A stretch of 52,566 nt of DNA, the filler included, from Porpidia crustulata (taxonomy: Eukaryota): assembly GCA_964255105.1 (NCBI GenBank). It is 4 parts of 4 records of this genome, joined end to end, with 100 filler letters (N's around TTAATTAATTAA, not from the genome) between each part and the next. Parts side by side here need not be neighbours in the genome. Positions count along the whole stretch, not along the records: positions 39,528 to 52,566 come from CAXUWE010000464.1; 3 more parts are not named here. One strand, given 5' to 3'. Of this stretch, positions 43,037 to 52,566 are shown piece after piece. Below the pieces are notes generated by a model that was given only the letters and a program-made list of their open reading frames with translations, ran no database searches and was not told the origin of the DNA. Positions within the stretch are counted from its first letter, which is position 1; each line of letters opens with the position of its first letter. The position numbers and the translations under genes are program-made.

Positions 43037-46000
43037 TTATGGCTGTTTGTTTTGAGGCATCCTCGACTTTCTGTCCAATAAGTCTCCCAGTAAGCCATCA
43101 AGTTGTGTGGAAAGCTCTCCAAGCTTCCGGTTCTCTTCCTTGAATAGGTCCTTCACTAAAGGGTGGTCTGCTCCAGCTGGCTTGACATCTGACTTGTCAT
43201 GAACGACGATTAGTAGATCTCGGATATCGGTGTCATCTTCAAGGTACGCTCGCAAGCTAGCATCGCTCCAGGTTGGAGTGCCTCTGGATGATTGAGCAGT
43301 TGAGGCGGGAGTCGCCTCCCTTGCACTCCCTGCCCGCGGTGCTTCAAGAAGCTCAGGTGATGAAGGAAGCGAGACTGGCGAAACGGACGGATCTTCTTGA
43401 GAGGATGTGTCGATCATTAGTGGCGGTGGTGTCTTCGAATGCGGTAGGTCTTGTGAAACGACCTGCACAGGCGATTCTGATAAGCGCTCTCGGGGACCTT
43501 GGCTACCAACATCCGCTGGACCTGACATCTTATGATTCGTTAGCGTTGTAGGAATTTCTTCGGTATCTGATGAAGAAGCGGAGTCATCCATGGGCATGCG
43601 GTGAGTTGCCGCGTGGACCTGCTCCACTCCAGACTCGGATGACGGTGCTGATGGTGAGAGTTCCGTGCGCGATGTGAAAGTTCCGTGGTTAGTGTCCTGC
43701 AGTGATTCTGGCGAAACTCGTTCTTGGCGTGCCTGCTCAGTATGTTGGAAATGTAGAGGTGCTGGCGCATCATCACTCCACTGCCTTTGCTCATATTGAA
43801 CCGCACGCACCGATGCGTTGGGTTCTGCGGCAAGTGGTACAGCGGGGTTGGCTTCGGGGCTGATCGCTTTCTGTTGCTCTATAACCATGGCACCTGTAGC
43901 TGGTGGTTCATCCCGTGGAGCCAATGGCTTCATGGTTTGCAAACGATTGGAAGGATTAGCACGATTCGCTGAGGCGGATCGACTGACTGGTGGAGACTTT
44001 TGTAATTTACTGGTTTGTCTCTGAGGTTGAGATTGAGCATTGGCTTTGGGTGGTTGTACGTCTTGAGTAAAAGACTCTGACGACTCTTTCGGCTGCGGCG
44101 AATGACTTGGTTCTTCCAGTGATTTCTTACCATCTTCCATCTCATCATCTTGTCCCTTACTCCTCTTATCTTTCCGTTTGAAGAGGCTGTTGAGCATGCC
44201 CTTCTTCTCCTTGCGCTTTTTGTCCTCTTTGGCTTTCTCCTGGGAAGATGTAGTCTTTTCGAGAGATTCAAGGCTTGGCCTTGGCTTGAGCTACAGAGAA
44301 GTCTAAGCAGATATAAAGAAGCAACAGCGACATCGATGCAACTAACCTCTTTCACCTCGTTCGATTTTACCGTCGATCCACTAGAGTCATCCCGTAGAAG
44401 ACTCGGGGTTAGGTTAATCTTCCGTGTCTCCATTGTATCATCCTTGAAGAACGAGTCTGTGTTGCGAACGGTGCGCCTCCCTGATCTGCCTGCGCCACCG
44501 TCATCTGTGGTTTGTCAGTCATGATTATCCATAGCCTTCTGCGCAGAAGATTCTACCTTGCTGTTCGAAAATCTCGTTGCTTGTCCGCGGCTTCTCTGCT
44601 AAAACGGACTGGTCTGCATCGCTGTCTCGAGGGTCGGACTCTGATATAGAGACACTAGCTGGCTCTTTGGGCTCGATTCTAGCTTTCAAAGGCTCGACAA
44701 CGGCAGTGTCGTCGACATCTCGTTCCTGATCTTGCGTCTCAGCCTGTTCCATCTGTGGCAGGTACTCCCCTTCTTCCTGCTCTTCTTCATCTGTAGAGTA
44801 TTCCACGTCAGAGGGATCAAAGTATTGGGGGGCCGCAAATTGGACAGTCTTTGCATTGCGACGACGCATGGCTTTTTTTAGGGGATTTTTAGACTTTTCA
44901 GGGTTATCCCCAAGCATTGTTTGTGATAACTAGGAAAAGAACATTAGTAAGCTGAACTGTGCGAATCTTACATTTTGAGTCTTACATCTATATTTCTGTG
45001 TTTATTTAATCTGGCTAGTCGTTCTGTGGGGGTCTCAATATGCTCTGCTGGCAAATAGCCTACTCGGGCCCATCAATAGACATTCCATATTCGACAACGA
45101 AAGAATATTACCAATACTGCTGTCTTTGACAACTCTCACTAGCCACCAATAGCTGTTACTATCATCGAGAAGTACCATAGTGTCTCCTTTCGTGGCATTC
45201 GCTTGGCCTTCGACTGTGGCAACAAAGGTGTGCAACGCATATACGAACTCGAAATCGATGTCTTCTATTTCGCGTAAGCATTCTCCCCCCCATCCCGAGT
45301 CGGTGAAGCGCGAATCATCAGAAAAGGAAATATCCTCGGTATCATCATCATTCCGTTCTGGGAGCTGATCTTCCAATCCAAGGGAGGACGATATGGATGA
45401 GGAAGGTGAGAGAGGTGCGTCATCAAAGCTGTTATCCAATAGGGGATCATCTGCAGGGAGTAGTAGATGGTGAAAATCATTGATATCAAAATCCCCGTCA
45501 TACGAATCCTGCAAGTCATCGATGTCTTCATGAAAATGGCCTACCCTTCGCTGAGCCATCAAAGGGTCATCCTGATCGAGGAGCTCCGATATGTGATCAT
45601 TCTCCCGTGAAGTTTGGCCATCCTCGGCGGAAGTTTGGCTTCCGTCGTCCACGGCATACCCACCCTCATGATGATGATCCTCGGATGGTGGCTGGTTCCG
45701 CTCTTTCTGCTGATAGATAAGAGGAAAGTGTATGGGAGACGAAAGGAAAGGTGAAGAGGAAAGCTCGTCATGTTCACGTGGAAGGGGTGGCATGTCTTCT
45801 TGTGTAGGTATCGAAAGCAAAACGTCGCGTCGAAGGGTCCTAGGAAACGGCAAGGGGTACCCACCATCGTCTATTGAAGGGGAACTGGATATCTTGTCCA
45901 TCAGGTCATCGTCCATGCCATCGTCTCCATCGACGTCCCCCGTATCTCCTTCCCCTCCATTCATGCCCATAGAATCTCCATTTCGCTGTAAAGTATGGAG

Positions 46001-46341
46001 CTCTTGATTTGACCCAATCCTATCATCTGAGCCATAGGAGCCTGCATCTTCGTGGAGCAATTGCAATTCTTTATCTGACAAGTCCTTGGAATGTCGCGGA
46101 CTGCGAGTGTGCATGTCGTGCGCTGCTCCTTGTTCGACATTTTTAAGAGTCTCAGCTTGATGAGGAGCAGGAGGGCCATCGCCTAATGGCGCAGGTCGAG
46201 CCGGCTGTCGGGTATGATCTTTGGCAGATGGAGAATCTTGGTCTTGAAGATCGATCGTATCTGTAAATACCCATATCAGCGAGTACTCTTGACCAGACTT
46301 CTACGTATCCTACCAGCCCGAATAATTTGAGGTCGTGTCAT
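43037..46341 (-). CDS. TEA4: SH3-domain cell-end marker / PP1 regulator (Tea4/TeaC/Bud14 family), multi-exon
   Basis: Start MTRPQIIRA/DTIDLQD; SH3 DIDFEFVYALHTFVATVEGQANATKGDTMVLLDDSNSYWWLVRVVKD/YLPAEHIETPTERLARLNKHRN; RVxF-type KTVQF; C-terminal WSDASLRAYL and coiled coil. Confidence 0.9.
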
Positions 46342-47166
46342 TGCAACCGTAGGCTCGCCGGATTCGTAACTTGATTGCTAAGTTCCGCGGTAGTTCTAGG
46401 GAGCCTCGATTGGCAGCGATAGACAGAGTACAAATTTCACCGTACGAGCTTAGATTTAAGAGTACAAGCTTTCTGTTGCGGATTGTGGTGTCTTTGTAGA
46501 CTGATGTACCGCACTCTTTGGACTTGGCTATGGCGACAAAGAGTTCTTGGTTGTCGCAACAGCTGAGCGCCAGCTTTCGTTTCGCTGATAATCATCTATA
46601 CACTTACCAGACTTCTTAAGCCCTTAGCATTGAAGTTATTTCTGGCGATCTCGGATTTCAAGAGTGATTGCCGGGTGAGCAACATTTTGACTGGGAATTT
46701 GAATGGGGTAACAAATTCTTAGGTTCCTGTTTCACGACCCGATTTGCACAACAGGGATCACTGTCAAAATAAATGGTATCGAAGCCATATGTCCAACACG
46801 AACCTCGATGGGCATACAGAATCCACTCTGATCGAGAGGATTGAAATATGCAAGTTGCATTTCTATTTCACCGGCGCGATAAAGACATTTACATAACAGC
46901 GACCAGCTCAAAAAATATCTCTACTTTACCTCTTTTTTGTCCTCGCCTCGACGATTAGTCTAGCGCGTAGGGGTTCCTAATAAAGATATTCAACTCTGTG
47001 CTATGCCCCTTTTGAGTAAAGACAAGGCGTCTAGAGCTTGCTCTGTTGATTTGATACATATGTACACGATAAACAATCGGTATCTCCGATAATACATTAC
47101 TGCGTGATGAGGTAGTGTATACCAATCCTCCAACGACTCCAACGCCTGGTCTTTTCGCCTAGACTG

Positions 47167-49174
47167 TCAATCATGAGCGAGACGTTGCAGCCACCACGAC
47201 TTGCCATCGGACTTGTCAAGCTCGCTCCCATCGCCAGAGTAGCCGATGCGGTTCCGGTTGTCATCAATTATGCGAGCATACTCGATCAGGAGCCGGAACA
47301 TATATACCTGCTGGATCGTTAGCATCTGGAAAGAACTTTCGTGGCAACATGAATCCGGGCATTACCTCCATATCGTCTCTCCGTAGAACCTTTTTCGCCC
47401 ATTCTCGACCTTGACTCGCGACCCTTTTTCCTTCCATGTCGTGCTTTGCTACATATGCATTGCCGTAGGTGGTAGCGGAGGCGATCCCTAGCGCTCCAAC
47501 AGGGGTACCAGTACCGAGGAAGTAAGTTAGTAAAGTGTATAAATCATCAAATCTGTTGTCCATGGGCACAAAGTGCCGCCACGCAAATAGCCTTGAATCG
47601 TGCCATTCGCGGAATATTGTAGCCTTGATACCGAGAGACTTGCTCTCAAGGAATGCCCGCCATCGGCCAGAGAACGACATTCCATCCACGTCGACCAAGA
47701 ATTTGTATTTGAATTGTTCTGCTGGTTGTATCGAAGGCTTAAATGTCCAGACGCCCTCGTAAAAAGGACAGCCGTCTGGATGGCATCCATTGGCTTCGGT
47801 AAATCCAATATCTGTGTGATCTTTCGCAAATTGTGATGGCTCGAATCTCCTGAAGTTCTCATATTCACCCCTTTTTTCTGGTTGCTCTGCTAAAATCCTA
47901 AACTCTCTTCCTTGTAATAACGTACTATTAGTGTCCATTACAAGACGCTGGCGATGCATCCTTCGCCAGTTTTCCTCGTTTTGAACACCTCCGGAAGTCA
48001 CACCGCGCCATATCATCGTGTCCTTCTTCTCAGCCCAGTCCAGATCATGCTTGCCATTGTATTCATACCGCTCGTCATTCTTCCAATACATATTTGCAGG
48101 AAAGATAATATCACTATTCACATTGACCTTGCATTCCCCAAAGATAGGCACAAGACGCTTAGTTGCAATAATCGTAGAAGCGGTGAAAAGAAAGCCATGT
48201 TTATCGTGGATCTCTGGACCAACTGTGCACAAGTCCGACGAACGGTTAAAGTCGGTCACGATGCCCCCGAGGCGGTTTTTATAGAGATTTTCAGCATCCA
48301 CCTTGGTCGAGTCGTTCTTCCGAGCGCGAGATTCAGGAGGGCAAGCGGTACTAGCAATATCCATGTATGGCTTCCCATGTGCAGGAAACCACTCGGGATC
48401 CTCACGCTTTACATCAATGTCTTCCACAATCAAATCAGCGAGACCCTCCATGTTTTGTGTAAATTCATCAGCGGCGTCTGGAGGTGTTTGACGTGTCTTC
48501 GATTCTGTAGCGAGCATAGATTGCATGTCGTCCCACGGGACTACCACTCGAGGTTGATCCAAATTGTTCATCGCAATGTCCATATCCGGAATGTATTTGA
48601 TGACTTGCTCGATGAGGGTAACCATAACCTCGGTTCTCCAGTTCGGGTTGGTTTGGTTCACCACCTTGTGGTTTCGAATGTGTATACCCGAAACTCCTTG
48701 CTCCTTATCCCTCCACATGTTGGCTGTCAAATTCCGCAGAACATGTGGCTCGACAGCCCAAAAGGGACGCATGTCGCCCATGATGTGTTCAAAGTCATCG
48801 ATATTATGGACGTTCTTCTTTCTGGCGAATTGGTACCATTCTTTGAACCCCGGTGGTGGATGGCGCCCATACTTCCTCCTATACTTGCTCACGGTCTCTT
48901 TGAAAGTCTTTGATAAGTTGTCATTGTATTTTCGCCACGCCTTATCAGCGTCTGCCATTAATAGAGAGATTGGATGTGTATCGATGGGTTCCACAGACTC
49001 ATCGACCATTTCGTCTGATTGCCATGGTTTCTTGGGCCTACCTGGGATTCGAAACTTGTCAATTTTGGACTTGACATCTGTTTCTGAAAGCGTAAGGTAA
49101 TTTCCAACAACGAGCAGAAGAGCGAGTGCTACAATGGCCAAGAACAGACGCTGTCTAGATCGAAAGGAAATCAT
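47167..49174 (-). CDS. Glycosyltransferase family 90 (CAP10 / beta-1,2-xylosyltransferase-like), type II membrane protein, one 3' intron
   Basis: N-terminal TM segment LFLAIVALALLLVVGNYL, then HPISLLM, YRRKYGRHPPPGFKEWY, NNLDQPRV, WRGVTSGG, HRQRLV, YKFLVDVDGMSFSGR, FREWHDSRL and spliced LRRDDME/VYMFRLLIEYAR. Confidence 0.93.
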
Positions 49175-49457
49175 TCTTGATTCATGGGTAGGTAACGAGA
49201 CATGCGCCGTCTTGGACAAACATCAAACAAGCGCCTAGATCTGATATTGAGTATATTAACATTAGCCATGACCATTCCAGACGTCCAGGGCGTGGGCATA
49301 TACGATGATTGCCATGTCGCCTTCATCCAGATGAAACGTAGATAGCTAAATTGTTGCGGGAAGACTTGCGCCAATCCGCGTGCCGCCGAAAGCCAAGACA
49401 TTCCGTCCCAGGCTCAAGAAGACATTGATATATTTCTCCACCACGCATTGCTACACC

Positions 49458-50400
49458 ATGTCATCACATCTTCGTAATGTGCTGTGCGTCTCGAATCAGG
49501 CCTCGACTAAGTTTATGAATATATCGCCCTTCCTACTCCCTTGCTTACAGACACAGCGGCGCGCCGCCTCAATCCTCTCCAGTTTGTCCGACAACCCAGG
49601 CGCATACAATAAGAAGATCAGGAGAGGACGAGGGCCATCATCGGGTAAAGGTAAAACTGCAGGAAGAGGTTATGGAGGCCAAAAAGCTCGCGGAAAAGTA
49701 CCGTTCGGGTTTAACGGCGGGCAGACTAAGTTGGAAGTTGTGCATGGTATCAGAGGCTTTGTGAATGTGTACGTTTCTGCGTCTTGTCATTGTCCTCGAT
49801 CACTAAGTTGACTAAAATATCTACTTTAGCTTCTCTGTGGACATGCAACTTGTCAACCTCGATCGCATTCAACTATGGGTTGATCAAGGGCGACTCGACC
49901 CCACAAAGCCTATAACTATGAAAGAGCTGCGCGACTCTCGATGCGTCACAAACATCAAAGACGGTGTGAAGTTATTGGCGCGAGGTTCCGAGCAGCTGAA
50001 AACCCCTCTAGACGTGGTTGTCTCACGAGCTTCTTCCGCCGCCATATCGGCCATTGAAGGGGCTGGGGGATCAGTGACCACCAGATATTATACCCCATTC
50101 GCGGTTCGACGAGTCCTCCATGGACAGAGTGATCCTATCTACTCATTGGGTTCTCGATCTATCGAGGAGGAGCACTCTGTGGAATCAGGGAGGCCCTCTT
50201 TCCTCAATCGCCTACCCGATCCTACAAGCAGAAAAGCCATTGAATATTATAGGGACCCGGCGCACAGGGGTTACCTTAGCCACACAGTCGGAGAAGGGCA
50301 AGGTCCTAGTTTATTTTTCAAGACGCCAGGAGATGGAAAGCCTATGACGCGGAAAACCACAGCAGGGAGGCCTACTGCAGGGGAGAATCGCATGTGGTGA
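49458..50400 (+). CDS. MRPL10: Mitochondrial ribosomal protein uL15m (54S L10); intron 49769-49829
   Basis: ASILSSLSDNPGAY, RRGRGPSSGKGKTAGRG, GFNGGQT, VNLDRIQLWVDQGRLD, DGVKLLARG and YYRDPAHRGYL. Confidence 0.95.
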
Positions 50401-51955
50401 GGATGATCACCAATCATGCAATAAGCTCATCACAGACGCTTTAAATGTCTAGTAGGACATAACATACGTTACGAGCTCGCCGACTATGACGTGCCATGTC
50501 TCCTGTAACAATGAAGCATATCAATTCAAGCATGGTCTATCACTACTTTTCCGAACCGATTCGATTACCAAGCTTTTGGTTCCTGCTTTCGCTCAAAACA
50601 TCCTTGAATTAATCTATTCCCAGACAAAACATTCCAATCGTGGCGTTGTGAGTCTCCTACGCTCCGAGGCCAGAGACGGGAATCATAGTTAACATCGAGC
50701 CCTATTTGCCACAGCGAAGTGCTACCTTGGAGGAATTCTAGCGTTATCAATCTCGTAGGCTCATAAAGTGATTACCCGTGGATTAGACCTGCTTTTTGCT
50801 ATGCTTCTTAATCTCGATGCTTTTTCGAATCAGAATATGAAAACCCACTGTCGGCATCTACAGAGATCAACGCTCTGCTCGTCGCCTAGTTTCTCGAAGA
50901 TGTGCATGTGCGAAGAGAGACTTAATGGATCACTATTAAACTTACCAATATGAGGTCATCCTCATGAGAATTAAGAAGTACTGAAAACGCCTTGTGCACA
51001 TGGCACTCAAAATTCTTGATCTTAGGCTTCAGCGGTTGTCGCCAATGGTAAGGCTCCCGTCCAGTCTCAATCACACTATTCCCGAGACAATGAAGCCAAA
51101 TAAAGCTCAGCACTGCGATCAGTACGTAATAGTCCGTCGCACTGGGAAATGTGTAACCGTTGAGGCCTGAGCATGGAGACGTCACATACGTTACCATTGA
51201 CGAGTTTGGCATCCTCATTAACCCATGCACGTGAGACCATACGCATTGAAAATTGCCATACAGCAGGTAGAACTACGAGATTTTGACAGGGAGCCAGGGA
51301 CCCGGAATAGCAGAAGGCTATAGACGTGCTGGAAATCTGTGAGCATACATATCACCTTTTGTGAACAGGATCAATCTTAGGAAACATCGCTTCCACACTG
51401 ATGGCCTGTCAGTTGCGGCTCGGCGGACACTCGAGGATCTGCAACGACCGTTTCTAAGTCAGCCCCATATGCTAGCAGAAGGGTCGATCATAGACATTGA
51501 AACGCTCGACCTTGCTAGCATCATGCCAGTGATAGAAAGGAACATCCGCACGGAGCTTATCCTAGTGGAGAATGCCTCATCAGTGAACGCATCGCCAATT
51601 GCATCTGGTCCCGTCGATGAGCATGGAGATTTTGTAAGACCTTGAAAGTAGATTGACGGCTGTGCTCATGTTCATTTTCACTGGTTCGCTTTTGTGGCCT
51701 CGGCTTTACTTTCAGAGCTGTGTCGGATTGCTTGCTATGATTTCTATTCCGAGCCAGCTTCGATGGCCGTCTTAGAACGAGTATAAAGAAGAGATGCCTT
51801 TTTCTTCCTACTGTCATTCGAGCCTTAGCTATCTTGATCGACGAACACATTTGTTACTGTCTACCCTTCATTCAGTCTTCTCCATCAATTCCAGATAGAG
51901 AATTCAAGACGTCTTGCTTGATATCTCTACTTCTATTCAAACCGAACGTCCAACC

Positions 51956-52566
51956 ATGTTCATCAAATCCTTCACTGCTCTTGCATTCTCCTATCTCACC
52001 ATACCCCTTATATCATCTATGCCGACATCACGCGATAGCGTTGGCACCACATTATGGCTCGGCAAAAGAGACACGAATTTACTCGTTGCTCGCGGTCCGA
52101 TCCAAGGCCTACCTACTTGTGATCAAGACCCCAGCTATGCCGTAGGCCCATCCCGCTGGACGGATGGCGAGGGGACATACCTAGGATCCGACTGCCAAGC
52201 TGACGAACACAACGGCGACTGGCACTGCTGGTAAGAACTTCCACTCAACCACGACGAGACAAAACGATCTAACCAGTCTCCAGGACGGACTACTTCAGCA
52301 CCGGAAGCCAAGGTCGCTACGATGGCTGGGCGCCGAGTGGCAACCAAGTAGACTGCAAGACCACGCAAACCTGCAACGACGTCAAAGCCAGCGAATCCCA
52401 AACCTGCAAGACCATCGGCTGGTCCGTCGGCGTCACCGTGACGCAAAACCTCGAATACTCCATCGGCATCATCTCCGGCAGCACCAGCATCGCCGTGAGC
52501 ACCGAAGTCAGCGGCAGTAAGCAAGTTTGCAGCTCCAACACTGACTCCACCACCTGTACCTGGAAC
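51956..52566 (+). CDS. Secreted cysteine-rich protein, 3'-truncated; intron 52231-52283; possible aerolysin-like beta-hairpin
   Basis: Signal peptide MFIKSFTALAFSYLTIPLISS and Kex2-type LGKR. A GTAAGA...CTAAC...CAG intron gives HCW/TDYF. Eight Cys in the visible part; the frame is open to the window end. Confidence 0.8.

Noticed and set aside
50486..51850. Several 60-100 aa ORFs between MRPL10 and the secreted protein gene
   Set aside because: Mostly non-ATG starts with no domain resemblance or consistent exon structure.

Overview
Intron-containing DNA from a filamentous ascomycete (Pezizomycotina; a lichen-forming fungus is possible but not established). The window is not one locus. It is four contigs of 13105, 13082, 13040 and 13039 nt in descending length, joined by identical artificial 100-nt spacers (N44-TTAATTAATTAA-N44). 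Contig 1 holds an F-box/LRR protein, a secreted type-B carboxylesterase, a GPI-anchored SRPBCC-like protein and the plasma-membrane H+-ATPase PMA1. Contig 2 holds an AT-rich RIP-like relic, a head-to-head pair of a DUF7708-like/degenerate-NACHT gene (two in-frame TAGs) and a DUF7025-type AAA+ ATPase gene (probable frameshift), and a long disordered Ser/Pro-rich protein. Contig 3 holds hydroxyacid-oxoacid transhydrogenase, SCP160/vigilin, STE20 and HSE1. Contig 4 holds an ARO80-like Zn2Cys6 factor, TEA4/TeaC, a GT90 (CAP10-like) glycosyltransferase, mitochondrial uL15 and a truncated secreted Cys-rich protein. The best leads are the pseudo-NACHT/AAA+ pair (candidate two-component immune or surveillance module), a 600-nt stop-free exitron directly before the TEA4 SH3 domain, and an aerolysin-like beta-hairpin in the last secreted protein. 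All exon models were read by hand and family names come from motif recognition, not database searches.
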